DNA of 64,000 nt from Cellulomonas sp. (lineage in GTDB: Bacteria; Actinomycetota; Actinomycetes; Actinomycetales; Cellulomonadaceae): assembly GCA_031178625.1 (NCBI GenBank), contig JAPSIR010000002.1, forward strand, positions 2,310 through 66,309. The letters are read 5' to 3'. Each line of letters starts with the position of its first letter. Within the stretch, counting starts at the first letter, position 1. Both the position numbers and the translations under genes were made by a program. Below, piece by piece: positions 35,470 through 46,050 of the stretch. The notes below the pieces were generated by a model. That model did no database searches. It had not been told where the DNA came from and saw only the letters and a list, made by a program, of their open reading frames with translations.

Positions 35470-38319
35470 TCACACCGCCGAGTACGCCACCACCCCGCGG
35501 CGCAGGGCGGTGACGGCGCGGTCGGCCGTGGTGCGCAGGCGCGCGGTCGGCGCGGCGCCGTGGATCTGGTCGAGCACGTCGACCACCTGCTTCACCCAGC
35601 GCACGAAGTCGCCGGCGGCCAGGTCGCCGCCGCGCAGGACGGAGTCGAGGCTGCGGCCCGCCGCCCAGCGGTGGATGGGCTCGACCAGCCCCGTGTCGAG
35701 CGGCTGGATCGTCTCGAGGCGATGCCCGTGCTCGAGGTCCTCGAGCTCGGACCAGGCGCGGACCGCGGCGTCCAGGGCACGGCCGAGGCGGCTCTCCGGC
35801 CCGCCCGGCACCCGCGGCTCGACCTCCTCGTCCCGGCGCGACCGGTACACCAGGGCGGACACCGCGGCGGCGAGCTGCGGCGCGTCGAGCTCCTCCCAGA
35901 CCCCGCGACGCAGGCACTCGGCGAGCAGGAGGTCGTTCTCCGCGTAGAGCCGGCGCAGCCACTGGCCGGCATCCGTGACCGTGAGCGCGGTGCCGCCCGT
36001 CGGCGTCGTGGCGACGGCCTCGCTGCGCTCCAGGTAGCCGAGCGTGACGAGCACGTCGCAGATGCGGTCGAACACGGCGGCGATCGACCCGGTCCGGCCG
36101 GCGATCCGCGTGACCAGGGCGTCGTGCTCGCTCTTGAGGCGGTGCCAGCGGTCGGCCCAGCGGGCGTGCTCCTCGCGGTCGGGGCAGCGGTGGCACGGGT
36201 GGGCGCGCAGCCGTCGGCGCATCGCCTCGAGCTCGGCGTCGTCCGCCGCCGCCGTGCGCCGCGCGTCGCGGCGCCCCTGCCGGCCGGGGGCGGGTGCGAC
36301 GTCGAGCTCGTCGAGGCGTGCGCGCAGCCGCGCGGCGAGGTCCCGGCGGGCCGCGGGGACGCGGACGTTGAAGGACGACGGCACGCGCAGGGTCCCGACC
36401 GTCCGGGCGCCCGTGCCCACGTCGGCCACCGTGAGGCGGCGCACCTGGCGGTCGGTGGTGAGAACGGTCGGCTTCGGGCCGTCGAAGCCGGGGCGTCCGC
36501 CGGGGTCGACGACGACGGCGTAGGACGCGCGCCGGCCCGTCGGTACCTCGAGCAGGTCGCCGACGCGCAGGCCCTCGAGGGTGCGCGCCACGTCGGCGCG
36601 CCGGGCCGAGGCGGCCTGCTTGGCCAGGTCCCGCTCCCGGTCGCCGATGGCGCGTCGCAGCGCCGCGTACTCGGTGAAGTCGCCCAGGTCGCACGACATC
36701 GCCTCGGCGTATCCGTCGAGGGCCTCGGCGTGCGACTGCGCCTGCCGGGCGAGGCCCACGACGCCCCGGTCGGCCTGGAACTGCGCGAACGACGTCTCCA
36801 GCACCTCGCGCGCCCGGTCGCGACCGACCTGTGCGACCAGGTTGACCGCCATGTTGTACGTCGGCCGGAACGACGAGCGCAGCGGGTACAGGCGGCGCGA
36901 CGCGAGTCCCGCGAGCTGCACCGGGTCGAGACCGGTGTGCGCGACGACGACCGCGTGCCCCTCGGTGTCGATGCCGCGGCGGCCGGCGCGCCCCGTCAGC
37001 TGCGTGTACTCCCCCGGCGTGATGTCGACGTGCGACGACCCGTCCCACTTGACGAGCCGCTCCAGCACGACCGAGCGCGCCGGCATGTTGATGCCGAGCG
37101 CGAGCGTCTCCGTCGCGAACACGACCTTGACCAGGCCTCGGGAGAACAGGTCCTCGACGGTCTCCTTGAACAGCGGCAGCATGCCGGCGTGGTGGGCCGC
37201 GACGCCGCGCGCGAGGGCGTCCTCGAACGAGTCGTAGCCGAGCACCCCGAGGTCCTCCGGCGGGATCGCGGCGCACCGCTCCTCGGCGACGCGGCGGATC
37301 TCCGCCTGCTCGGCGGGCGTGGTCAGGCGCACCCCCGCTGACAGGCACTGCTGCACGGCCGCCTCGCAGCCGGCGCGCGAGAAGATGAACACGATCGCGG
37401 GCAGCAGGTGCTCCTGCGCGAGCGTGTCGACGACCGCGAACCGGGGTGCCTGGCGCACGCCGATGCCCTGCCGCCCGCCACGTCCGCGCGGGCCCCGGTC
37501 GCCCGGGCCGCGCCGGTCGCGCGGGTCGGCCTGCTGGCGGCGCAGGAGGTGCGTGAGGTCAGGGTTGATGGGCGGGTCGACGCCCGGGTCGGTCGGGTCG
37601 ACGTGGCCGGCGTAGAGGTCGAGCAGCTCGTCGCCGACCATCACGTGCTGGCCGAGCGGCACGGGCCGGTGCTCGCTGACCACGACGGTCGTGTCGCCGC
37701 GGACGGTCGACAGCCAGTCGCCGAACTCCTCGGCGTTCGAGACCGTGGCGGAGAGCGACACCAGCTGCACGTCGTCGGGCAGGTGGATGATCACCTCCTC
37801 CCACACGGGGCCCCGGAAGCGGTCGGCCAGGTAGTGCACCTCGTCCATGACGACGTACCCGAGACCCGCCAGCGCCGGCGACCCGGCGTACAGCATGTTG
37901 CGCAGCACCTCGGTCGTCATGACGACCACGTCGGCGTCGCCGTTGATGTTCGTGTCGCCGGTGAGCAGGCCCACGCGCTCCTGGCCGTGGACGCGCGCGA
38001 GGTCGGCGTACTTCTGGTTCGACAGCGCCTTGATCGGCGTCGTGTAGAACGCCTTGCGCCCCGACGCGAGCGCGAGGTGGACGGCGAACTCGCCGACGAC
38101 CGTCTTCCCGGCGCCCGTCGGCGCGGCGACGAGGACGCCGCTGCCGCGCTCGAGCGCGGCGCACGCCTCGACCTGGAAGTCGTCGAGCGGGAAGTCGAGC
38201 CGGGAGCGGAACTCCCCGAGGGCGCTCCGCTCGGCGCTCGCGCGGCGCCGGGCCGCGGCGTAGCGCTCCGCCGGCGAGAGCTCCGGCTCGGTGGTGCGGG
38301 GACGGGACGAGCGTGCCAC
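35470..38319 (-). CDS. helY: Ski2-like DEAD/DEAH helicase HelY
   Basis: APTGAGKT, PIKALSNQK, MDEVH, LSAT, GINMPA and GRAGRRG; DSHCT C-terminus (LAAGDFVRW). Confidence 0.95.
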   Translation of the reverse strand: MARSSRPRTTEPELSPAERYAAARRRASAERSALGEFRSRLDFPLDDFQVEACAALERGSGVLVAAPTGAGKTVVGEFAVHLALASGRKAFYTTPIKALSNQKYADLARVHGQERVGLLTGDTNINGDADVVVMTTEVLRNMLYAGSPALAGLGYVVMDEVHYLADRFRGPVWEEVIIHLPDDVQLVSLSATVSNAEEFGDWLSTVRGDTTVVVSEHRPVPLGQHVMVGDELLDLYAGHVDPTDPGVDPPINPDLTHLLRRQQADPRDRRGPGDRGPRGRGGRQGIGVRQAPRFAVVDTLAQEHLLPAIVFIFSRAGCEAAVQQCLSAGVRLTTPAEQAEIRRVAEERCAAIPPEDLGVLGYDSFEDALARGVAAHHAGMLPLFKETVEDLFSRGLVKVVFATETLALGINMPARSVVLERLVKWDGSSHVDITPGEYTQLTGRAGRRGIDTEGHAVVVAHTGLDPVQLAGLASRRLYPLRSSFRPTYNMAVNLVAQVGRDRAREVLETSFAQFQADRGVVGLARQAQSHAEALDGYAEAMSCDLGDFTEYAALRRAIGDRERDLAKQAASARRADVARTLEGLRVGDLLEVPTGRRASYAVVVDPGGRPGFDGPKPTVLTTDRQVRRLTVADVGTGARTVGTLRVPSSFNVRVPAARRDLAARLRARLDELDVAPAPGRQGRRDARRTAAADDAELEAMRRRLRAHPCHRCPDREEHARWADRWHRLKSEHDALVTRIAGRTGSIAAVFDRICDVLVTLGYLERSEAVATTPTGGTALTVTDAGQWLRRLYAENDLLLAECLRRGVWEELDAPQLAAAVSALVYRSRRDEEVEPRVPGGPESRLGRALDAAVRAWSELEDLEHGHRLETIQPLDTGLVEPIHRWAAGRSLDSVLRGGDLAAGDFVRWVKQVVDVLDQIHGAAPTARLRTTADRAVTALRRGVVAYSAV

Positions 38320-38334
38320 CCGCCCACCCTAGGC

Positions 38335-39267
38335 TCAGGACGCGGCGGTCCTCGCGCCGAGCAGCGACAACGCTCCCGGCACGACCTCGGCGAGCAGCGG
38401 CAGCGGACCGACCCGCTCGCCGTCCGCGAACGCCGGCGGGGGCGGCGGGCCGAGCGACGCGACGGGCTCCACGAGCACGCGGCGGCTGCGCACGACGCGC
38501 ACGCGCGGGTCGTGCACGTGCCGCCCGCGGTACAGCCCGGGGAAGATCCCGAGCGCACCGGCCCGCGTGAACGGACCGGCGAGGACGACGTCGAGGAGGC
38601 CGTCGGTCGGGTCGGCGCGCGGCGCGATCCGCAGCCCGCCGCCGAACCACGCGGTGTTGGCGACCGCGACGAGCGTGCCGCCGGACTCCCACACGCCGTC
38701 GTCGAGCGTCACCCGGTAGCCGTACGGCCGGAACCGGGCCAGCTCGAGGACGAGCGCACGCACGTACCGCGCGGGGCCGTGCGGCCACCGCAGCGTGTTG
38801 GCGCGCGCGTTCACGGCGGCGTCGAGCCCGCACGACAGCACGCCGGCGCACCACTCGTGCGCCGGACCCCCGGGGCGTCCGACGCGCACGGCGTCGAGCG
38901 CGACCGGGCCGTCCGCCAGCCCCGTCAGCACGGCGGCGACGGCACGGTCGACGTCGCCGCGCGGCAGGCCCACGGCGCGCGCCACGTCGTTGCCCGTGCC
39001 GACCGGCACGACGCCGAGGGGGACGCCCGTGCCGGCGAGCACGTCCGCCCCCAGGTGCACCATGCCGTCCCCGCCGACGACCACGAGCGCGTCCACGCCG
39101 GCGAGCACGGCGGCACGTGCGCGGTCGGTGGCCCCCGCGAGCGTGGGGGCCGACAGGTCGCGGACGTCGTGCCCGGCCGCGGCGAGGAGACCGTGCGCGC
39201 GGCGGCCGGCAGCGGTACCCCGGCCGCGGCCCGCGGCCGGGTTCACGACGAGTCCGAGCCGGCTCAC
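38335..39267 (-). CDS. Diacylglycerol kinase-family lipid kinase
   Basis: VNPAAGRG, VGGDGMVH, PVGTGNDVAR, FGGGLRIAP and FADGE. Confidence 0.92.
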   Translation of the reverse strand: MSRLGLVVNPAAGRGRGTAAGRRAHGLLAAAGHDVRDLSAPTLAGATDRARAAVLAGVDALVVVGGDGMVHLGADVLAGTGVPLGVVPVGTGNDVARAVGLPRGDVDRAVAAVLTGLADGPVALDAVRVGRPGGPAHEWCAGVLSCGLDAAVNARANTLRWPHGPARYVRALVLELARFRPYGYRVTLDDGVWESGGTLVAVANTAWFGGGLRIAPRADPTDGLLDVVLAGPFTRAGALGIFPGLYRGRHVHDPRVRVVRSRRVLVEPVASLGPPPPPAFADGERVGPLPLLAEVVPGALSLLGARTAAS

Positions 39268-40145
39268 CCGGCGTCCGCGGTGGCGGGCCCCCCGCCCGCG
39301 CCGCGCCGCTCGTCGCGCGTGCGCTCGCCGGGGCGCTCCCCCGGCATGGTGCCGTCCAGGCGCGGGAGGCCGTCGGCCACCCGGCGCCGGTCGACCCGGC
39401 GGTCGTGCAGCACGCACAGGCCGAGGGCCGCGCCGTACAGCAGGCACATCGGGAAGGCGACGGCGAGCATCGTGATGACGTCCGGCGTCGGCGTGGCGAT
39501 CGCCGCGAACACGAACGAGACGACGACGGCCCAGCGCCATCCCTGCGCCCACGTCCGGGCCTGCACGAGACCCGTCATGTTGAGGGCCACCATCACCACC
39601 GGCAGCAGGAAGGCGACGCCGAAGGCGAGCATGAGCCGCATCACGAAGCTGAGGTAGAGCTGCCCGTCGGTGACGTTGGCGGTGCCCTCGGGCGTGAAGT
39701 CGAGCAGCAGCCGGACGGCGTTGGGCAGGACGGCCCACGCGAGTCCCGCCCCCGCCAGGAACAGGGGCACGGCGGCGGCGAGGAAGCCGACCCCGTACAG
39801 CCGCTCGCGCCGCGTCAACCCGGGGGTGATGAAGGCCCACAGCTGGTACAGCCACCACGGGCTGGTCACGAGGACGCCGAGGAACAGCGAGACCTTCACC
39901 TGCATGTCGAACGCGGTGGCGACACCCGCGAAGTTGAGGGTGACGACCTCGTCGCGCTCGGCGGCGACCTGGCGCACCGGCTCCTGCAGCAGCGAGAACA
40001 CCGGCTCGTACAGCAGCCAGCCGGCGACGCCGCCGACGACGAGCCCGAGCGCCATGAGCACGAGGCGCCGGCGCAGCTCGCGCAGGTGGTCGCGCAGCGG
40101 CATCCGACCGTCCGGCGTACGTTCCCGGCGGGAGGACCTGCTCAC
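39264..40145 (-). CDS. tatC: Twin-arginine translocase TatC
   Basis: MPLRDHLRELRRR, YQLWAFITPGL and AAIATPTPD. Confidence 0.95.
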   Translation of the reverse strand: MSRSSRRERTPDGRMPLRDHLRELRRRLVLMALGLVVGGVAGWLLYEPVFSLLQEPVRQVAAERDEVVTLNFAGVATAFDMQVKVSLFLGVLVTSPWWLYQLWAFITPGLTRRERLYGVGFLAAAVPLFLAGAGLAWAVLPNAVRLLLDFTPEGTANVTDGQLYLSFVMRLMLAFGVAFLLPVVMVALNMTGLVQARTWAQGWRWAVVVSFVFAAIATPTPDVITMLAVAFPMCLLYGAALGLCVLHDRRVDRRRVADGLPRLDGTMPGERPGERTRDERRGAGGGPATADAG

Positions 40146-40152
40146 GCCGGCG

Positions 40153-40431
40153 TCAGACGCGCGGCGGTGCGGCCGGGTCCGGCGGCGTGTCCGCGGGCCC
40201 CGGGGTCGTCGCCCCCGTGGGGGTCTCCGGGCCGGGCACCGCGGGACCGGTGACGGTCGTCTTCGGGACGGCCGCGTCGCGGCGGTCGTCGTCCGCGAGG
40301 TCCTTGACCTCGTTCTTGAAGATCTTCATCGACTGGCCGACGGACCGCGCGAGGCCCGGCAGGCGGTTGGCCCCGAACAGGAGCACGACCACCACCAGCA
40401 CGATGAGGATGTGGCTCAGCTGAGGACGCAC
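40153..40431 (-). CDS. tatA: Twin-arginine translocase TatA
   Basis: HILIVLVVVVLLFGANRLPGLARSVGQSMKIFKNEV; AGGAG RBS; TACAAT -10 at 40468-40473. Confidence 0.92.
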   Translation of the reverse strand: MRPQLSHILIVLVVVVLLFGANRLPGLARSVGQSMKIFKNEVKDLADDDRRDAAVPKTTVTGPAVPGPETPTGATTPGPADTPPDPAAPPRV

Positions 40432-40612
40432 GACGCTCTCCTGCCATCGACGGCGTTGACGCTCCGAATTGTACGGGGTGGGACGCGCCAGTCGAAGCGC
40501 TTCGCCCGCCCCGGCGCGGTGCCGACCCTGTCGCGCCCACGACGACGTGGCGACGTGCCGGCGACCGCCGGACCACGAGGTGGTGACGTGCGGACGACGC
40601 GACGGGTGCCGC

Positions 40613-40945
40613 TCAGCCGAACCAGCGCTGCGAGGCCTGCCCGACGGTCGTCCGGTGCCGGTCGCGGCGCGCCGCACGCCGGGCGCGGCGGTCCGCCCGC
40701 AGCTCCCGGACGCGCGCCCCGAGCACCTCGACGTCCTGGCCGAGCGCGGGCCGCAGCGGCTCCCGCGCCGCGCGGGCCGCCTCCTCGAGCTCCTCGACGC
40801 GTCGGCCCAGGAGCTCCAGCGTCTCCCCCGCGCGTGCGAGCTCGGCACCGAGCGCGACGACGGAGCGCCACAGCCGCCGCCCGAGCAGGAACGCGCCCAG
40901 CAGCGTCCCGGCCACCAGCACGACCCACACCACGGTCCACAGCAC
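40613..40945 (-). CDS. Small membrane protein between pafC and tatA
   Basis: N-terminal TM helix then coiled coil; GGAGG RBS inside the pafC end. Confidence 0.75.
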   Translation of the reverse strand: MLWTVVWVVLVAGTLLGAFLLGRRLWRSVVALGAELARAGETLELLGRRVEELEEAARAAREPLRPALGQDVEVLGARVRELRADRRARRAARRDRHRTTVGQASQRWFG

Positions 40946-40947
40946 GG

Positions 40948-41955
40948 TCAGGCCTCCCGGGGGACGTCGGACGCCGGCGTGCCCGCCGACGGTGCGCCGA
41001 CCAGCGGCGCGTAGGCGGCCAGCGCCGCGCGGGCGGCGTCCGCCACCTCGCGCGCGACACCGGCGGGGTGCACGTCGCGCACCTCGTCCGCCGCCTGCAG
41101 CAGCAGGTGCCGCAGCCACGCCGGCTGGACGACCCGCAGGTCGACCTCGAAGGTGCCGTCGGCGAGCTCGCGGGTCGCCTCGACCGGCACCGACTCGACG
41201 ACCCAGCGGGCGCGCCCGGCGAGGCGCACGGTGACGAGGTCGCCGCTCGGGTCGGGCGAGAACACCTCGGCGTCCGGCGCGAGCGCGTGCTCGCGCGCCG
41301 GTGCCTCCAGGACGGTGGCGGCGACGACGCGGTCCAGGCGGAAGCGGCGCTCCGCGTCCGCCTCGACCGACCACGCGATGAGGTACGACCGCTCGTCCTG
41401 CGTGACCAGCCGCACCGGGTCGACCTCGCGCTCGGTGGCGACGTCCGAGGCGTCCACGTACCGCAGCAGCAGCCGGCGCCGCCCGGCCAGGGCGGCCCCC
41501 ACGGCCGCGACGACCTCCGGCCGCGCGTCGACCTGCAGCGCGACGTCGACGCCCGCTGCCGCGTCGCCCGCGGCCGCCTGGACCTTGGCGAGCGCGGAGT
41601 CGAGCACCGCGACCCGTTCGGCGTCGAGCGCCGGGCGCAGGGCGGCCAGGGCGCGCAGCGCCGCGACGAGCGCGACGGCCTCGCGCGGGCCCAGGCGCAG
41701 CGGGCGCGTGACGCCGCGCCCCTCGGTGAGGCGCACGACGCCCTGCTCGTAGGACGCCGCGTCGAAGTCGATGAGGTCGTCGGGCAGGTAGCCGGGCGTG
41801 CCCGTCACCCACAGCGTGTCGACGTCGGCCATCACCTGCTCGGGCGTCACGCCGAACTGCGCGGCGACATCCTCGACGCGCACGTCCTCGTGCCGCTGCA
41901 GGTACGCGATCATGCCCAGCATCCGCACCAGGCGGTCGCTCGCGCGCTCAGGCAC
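40948..41955 (-). CDS. pafC: WYL-domain transcriptional regulator PafC
   Basis: RLVRMLGMIAYL, TGTPGYLPDDLID, REVDPVRL and RRFRLDRV. Confidence 0.92.
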   Translation of the reverse strand: MPERASDRLVRMLGMIAYLQRHEDVRVEDVAAQFGVTPEQVMADVDTLWVTGTPGYLPDDLIDFDAASYEQGVVRLTEGRGVTRPLRLGPREAVALVAALRALAALRPALDAERVAVLDSALAKVQAAAGDAAAGVDVALQVDARPEVVAAVGAALAGRRRLLLRYVDASDVATEREVDPVRLVTQDERSYLIAWSVEADAERRFRLDRVVAATVLEAPAREHALAPDAEVFSPDPSGDLVTVRLAGRARWVVESVPVEATRELADGTFEVDLRVVQPAWLRHLLLQAADEVRDVHPAGVAREVADAARAALAAYAPLVGAPSAGTPASDVPREA

Positions 41956-43024
41956 CGCGCACCTCGCCCGTGGTCGGGGCGACGGGCGCGGTCGTGGCCG
42001 CGGCGACGTCGTCCTGGACGGGGAGGCGGTCGAGCTCGGCCGCGACCCGCAGCAGCCGCACCACCTCGTCGCGCACGTCGACGGGCTCGAGGACCACCAC
42101 CGCGTCGGCGTAGCCCACGAGCTCCTCGGCGAGCTCCCACGCGAGCCGGAACGGGACGGCGACGAGGTCGCGCCCGGCGAGCACGGCGTCGGCACCGGGC
42201 GGCAGCGCGGCGTCGGCGGGCGCCGGCGCGCCACGGGCGCGCAGCGCACCGGCGCGGTCGGGGGTGACGGCGAGCAGCGCGGTGCGCTCCGGCCCGTCGC
42301 CGGCCCACATGCGGGACGCCTCGGCCAGCTCCTCGGGCGTCGGCGGGTCGAACGCGCCGGGCTCCCCCACCGCGCGGACCGCCCCGCGGATCCGGCTGAG
42401 CCGGAAGGACCGGCTGGCACCGCGGTCGCGGTCGCGGGCGAGCAGCACCCACCCGCCGCGCCGGGCCAGCAGCTTCCAGGGCTCGACGTGGCGCACGCGC
42501 ACCTCGCCGGTCGTCGCGGCGTGGTACGTGAAGCGCACCGCCTGGCGCGCCTGCACGGCGTCGACCAGGGGCGCGAACGCGTCCCCGCCCGCGCGCACGC
42601 GGGGCGCGAGCCCGGCCACGAGGTCGCCCGCCTCGGGCGCGTGGCCGACGGCCCGCAGCTTCGTCAGCGCGCGCGAGCTGTCGGCGCGCAGCGACTGGTC
42701 CTGCCACAGCTGCGCGGCGAGCGCGAGCACGCCCAGCTCGGCGGCGGTCAGCTCGACCGGCGGCAGGGACCAGCGCTCGGTGTCGATGCGGTACCCGACG
42801 TCGTCGCCGTGCCCGGCGTGCGTCACGGTCAGCACGGGGATGCCGAGCTCGCGCAGCGTGTCCTTGTCGCGCTCGAACATCCGCTCGAACGCCTCGGTCG
42901 ACGCGGCGTCCTGGTACCCGGCCACGGACGAGCGCACCTGCTCCTTCGTCATCCTGCCCGGCGTGTTGACCAGGGCGATGACGAGGTTGAGCAGGCGTTC
43001 GGCGGGCGGGATCGCGGGGGGCAT
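41948..43024 (-). CDS. pafB: WYL-domain transcriptional regulator PafB
   Basis: ERLLNLVIAL, AFERMFERDKDTLRELGIP, RHVEPW and RSFRLSRI. Confidence 0.93.
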   Translation of the reverse strand: MPPAIPPAERLLNLVIALVNTPGRMTKEQVRSSVAGYQDAASTEAFERMFERDKDTLRELGIPVLTVTHAGHGDDVGYRIDTERWSLPPVELTAAELGVLALAAQLWQDQSLRADSSRALTKLRAVGHAPEAGDLVAGLAPRVRAGGDAFAPLVDAVQARQAVRFTYHAATTGEVRVRHVEPWKLLARRGGWVLLARDRDRGASRSFRLSRIRGAVRAVGEPGAFDPPTPEELAEASRMWAGDGPERTALLAVTPDRAGALRARGAPAPADAALPPGADAVLAGRDLVAVPFRLAWELAEELVGYADAVVVLEPVDVRDEVVRLLRVAAELDRLPVQDDVAAATTAPVAPTTGEVRGA

Positions 43025-43087
43025 CGGGACCACCGTAGTCGGCACAGGGCCCGCAGGGCCGCGTCGCGGGCCCGGTACCGTGGCCGC

Positions 43088-44242
43088 GTGATCGCATGGC
43101 GTGCCGGGGTCGTGGTGGAGTGCGGGGCCCGGTGGGACGGTGCGCGCGAGGCGCGCGTCGCCCTCGACGGCGAGGACCGCACGGTCCGCGCGCTGGCCTA
43201 CCCCCACCTCGTCGGCGAGCTCGAGCCCGGGGCCAGCGTGCTGCTGAACGTGACGGCGCTCGTCCGCGGCCTGGGCACGGGCGGGTACGCGCTCGTCGTC
43301 GCCCGCACGGACGCCCTGCCGGCCGACGCGCCCGACGCGCCCGGGCACCTCGTGAAGGCCCGCTACACCCCGCTGCAGGCCATGGTGCTCGGCGTCGACG
43401 ACCAGGAGTCGCCGCACCACGAGACCCTCCGGGACGCCGACGACCTCGCGGGCATGCCGGTCGTCGTCGCGGACCTGCACTCGGCACTGCCCGCGGTGCT
43501 CGCGGGCGCGCGGGCCGCCGCCGCCGACCGTGGTGGGGCGCTGCGCGTGGCGTACGTCATGACCGACGGCGGTGCGCTGCCGGCGTGGTTCTCGCGCGCC
43601 GTGGCCGGCCTGCGCGACGCCGGCTGGGTCGACGCGTGCATCACCACGGGGCAGGCGTTCGGCGGCGACCTCGAGGCCGTCACCGTGCACACGGGCCTGC
43701 TGGCGGCGCGGCACGTCGTCGGGGCGGACCTCGCCGTCGTGGCGCAGGGCCCGGGCAACCTCGGCACCGGGACGCGGTGGGGGTTCTCGGGCGTCGCGGC
43801 GGGTGAGGCGGTCAACGCGGCCGGGGTGCTGGGTGGTCGGCCGGTCGCGTCGCTGCGCGTCTCGGGCGCGGACCCGCGGGAGCGTCACCGGGGCGTGTCG
43901 CACCACTCGCTCACGGCGTACGGGCGCGTGGCGCTGGTGCCGGCGGACGTGCCGGTGCCGGTGCTCGACGGCCTGCCCGGGACGCCCGCCGACCTCGCGG
44001 CGCCGGACGACGCGGGCGCGTGGACGTCCCTCGGGCGCCGCGTCGCCGACCAGGCCACCGCGCTCGCGGCACCGCACGGACGGCACGCCACGCACGAGGT
44101 GCCCGCGGACGCGGCGCTGCTCGACGACCTGCGCACCAGCCCGGTGCGGCTCTCGACGATGGGGCGCGGCCTCGACGCCGACCCGGCGGCGTTCCTCGCC
44201 GCGGCGGTGGCCGGCGTGCACGCGGTGCGGCTGCTCGGCTGA
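43088..44242 (+). CDS. DUF3866-family protein
   Basis: LGTGGYA, GHLVKARYTPLQ, DLHSALP, YVMTDGGALP and QGPGNLGTGTRWGFSG. Confidence 0.88.
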   Translation: MIAWRAGVVVECGARWDGAREARVALDGEDRTVRALAYPHLVGELEPGASVLLNVTALVRGLGTGGYALVVARTDALPADAPDAPGHLVKARYTPLQAMVLGVDDQESPHHETLRDADDLAGMPVVVADLHSALPAVLAGARAAAADRGGALRVAYVMTDGGALPAWFSRAVAGLRDAGWVDACITTGQAFGGDLEAVTVHTGLLAARHVVGADLAVVAQGPGNLGTGTRWGFSGVAAGEAVNAAGVLGGRPVASLRVSGADPRERHRGVSHHSLTAYGRVALVPADVPVPVLDGLPGTPADLAAPDDAGAWTSLGRRVADQATALAAPHGRHATHEVPADAALLDDLRTSPVRLSTMGRGLDADPAAFLAAAVAGVHAVRLLG

Positions 44243-44273
44243 GCGGCGCCCGGGCCGGCGCGGGTCGGGTCGG

Positions 44274-44753
44274 TCAGTCGTCCCGCGCGGTCCGGCTGCG
44301 ACGCGCGACGAGGGTGGCCATGCGCCGCGCCTCCTGCTCGGCGAACGCGCCATCGGCCCGCTGGACCCCCATGACGGCGAGCGTGTCGCCGTCCGCGAGG
44401 TCGAGCTGCACCCACGCGCGGCCCTGCCCGAACCGCACGGAGACGATCTCGGCCCACGTGACCCGGCGCGTGAAGATCAGGTTGCGCACCAGCAGGCCGT
44501 CCGCGTCCGGCACGGCCCGCACGGACGCCTGCCGCCAGCAGAACCAGGCCACCGCGAGCCCGAACAGCAGGAAGCCCACGACGTCGCCCGGGCCCAGGCC
44601 CGGCATGACGAGGACCAGGACGACGGTGAGCGCGAGGAACACCGCGCCGACCGCGAGCGTGACGCGCCGCGCCAGCCGGGGGCGGAACGGCGCCGCGAGG
44701 CCCGGGTCCTCCCCCGCCGCCCCGGCCGCACCCGGCGTCGTCGAGCCCGCCAC
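44274..44753 (-). CDS. Bacterial PH-domain membrane protein
   Basis: Two TMs, GLLVRNLIFTRRVTWAEI, LDLADG and MGVQRADG; usual position after hisG. Confidence 0.85.
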   Translation of the reverse strand: MAGSTTPGAAGAAGEDPGLAAPFRPRLARRVTLAVGAVFLALTVVLVLVMPGLGPGDVVGFLLFGLAVAWFCWRQASVRAVPDADGLLVRNLIFTRRVTWAEIVSVRFGQGRAWVQLDLADGDTLAVMGVQRADGAFAEQEARRMATLVARRSRTARDD

Positions 44754-44755
44754 GG

Positions 44756-45604
44756 TCAGATCCGGCAGGCGTGGATCGACGTGACGAGGATCGCGCGAGC
44801 GCCCACGTCGTAGAGGTCGTCCATCACCCGGTTGGTCTGGTCCCGCCGCACCATGGCGCGCACGGCCGCCCACTCGCCGTTGTGCAGCGGCGACACCGTC
44901 GGCGACTCCAGGCCCGGTGTGATCGCGACGGCGTCGTCGACGAGGTGCAGCGGCACGTCGTAGTCCATGAGCACGTACTCGCGCGCGGTCAGGACGCCCT
45001 GCAGGCGGCGCGTCAGCACGTCGAGGCCGGCCGGCTCGTCGACGTCGGAGCGCCGCGCGAGGACGGCCTCGGAGCGCAGGATGGGCTCGCCGAACACCTC
45101 GAGGCCGGCGGCGCGCAGCGTGGTGCCGGTCTCGACGACGTCCGCGATGACGTCCGCGACGCCCAGCCGGATCGCGGACTCCACCGCGCCGTCGAGGCGC
45201 ACGATGCCGGCCGGCTCGATCCCCCGCTCGCGCAGGTGCACCGCGACGAGCTCCGGGTACGACGTCGCGACGCGCTGGCCCGCGACCTGCCGGCTGTCGG
45301 TCAGCGTGCCCGCGGTCGTCGCGAACCGGAACGTCGAGCGCGCGAACCCGAGCGGCAGGTGCTCGACCGCGGCGGAGCCGGAGTCGATGAGCAGGTCCCG
45401 GCCGGTGACGCCGACGTCGACCGTGCCGGCGCCGACGTAGACGGCGACGTCGCGCGGCCGCAGGAAGAAGAACTCGACGTCGTTGTCCGGGTCGGGCAGC
45501 ACGAGCTCGCGGGCGTCACGACGCTGGCGGTAGCCCGCCTCGCGCAGCATGGAGACGGCGGGCTCGCTGAGCGAGCCCTTGTTGGGGACGGCGATCCTCA
45601 GCAC
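44756..45604 (-). CDS. hisG: ATP phosphoribosyltransferase (long form)
   Basis: [32 protein letters not shown] and [11 protein letters not shown]. Confidence 0.97.
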   Translation of the reverse strand: MLRIAVPNKGSLSEPAVSMLREAGYRQRRDARELVLPDPDNDVEFFFLRPRDVAVYVGAGTVDVGVTGRDLLIDSGSAAVEHLPLGFARSTFRFATTAGTLTDSRQVAGQRVATSYPELVAVHLRERGIEPAGIVRLDGAVESAIRLGVADVIADVVETGTTLRAAGLEVFGEPILRSEAVLARRSDVDEPAGLDVLTRRLQGVLTAREYVLMDYDVPLHLVDDAVAITPGLESPTVSPLHNGEWAAVRAMVRRDQTNRVMDDLYDVGARAILVTSIHACRI

Positions 45605-45710
45605 GGTGTCCTCGGGTGGTGCGGCGGCCGCCGGGGCGGCACGGGAACGGGCGGTGGGACGACGGCGCCGGCGCGGCGCCGTGCGGTGCAGGCGGTGCGC
45701 GCCCGCCGCG

Positions 45711-45974
45711 TCACAGGTGGCTGTACACGTCCTCGAGCGTCAGGCCGCGCGCGAGCATGAGCACCTGCAGGTGGTACAGGAGCTGGGAGATCTCCTCCGC
45801 CGTGCGCTCGTCCGACTCGTACTCGGCGGCCATCCAGACCTCGGCGGCCTCCTCGACGACCTTCTTGCCGATGGCGTGCACCCCGGCGTCCAGCTCGGCG
45901 ACGGTGCCCGACCCGGCGGGCCGCGCGACGGCCTTCTCCGCCAGCTCGGCGAACAGCTCCTCGAACGTCTTCAC
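45711..45974 (-). CDS. hisE: Phosphoribosyl-ATP pyrophosphatase
   Basis: [26 protein letters not shown] and EEISQLLYH. Confidence 0.97.
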   Translation of the reverse strand: MKTFEELFAELAEKAVARPAGSGTVAELDAGVHAIGKKVVEEAAEVWMAAEYESDERTAEEISQLLYHLQVLMLARGLTLEDVYSHL

Positions 45975-46050
45975 GCGCCGAGCCTAGACGCCACGACGGG
46001 TGCCGGACGCCGTCGGTCCGGCACCCGTCGCCCGGCGCGCGCCGTCGGGG

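Noticed and set aside
40948-43024. WYL pair plus helicase as an anti-phage system
   Set aside because: Sequence and synteny match the core pafBC-tatAC-helY locus.
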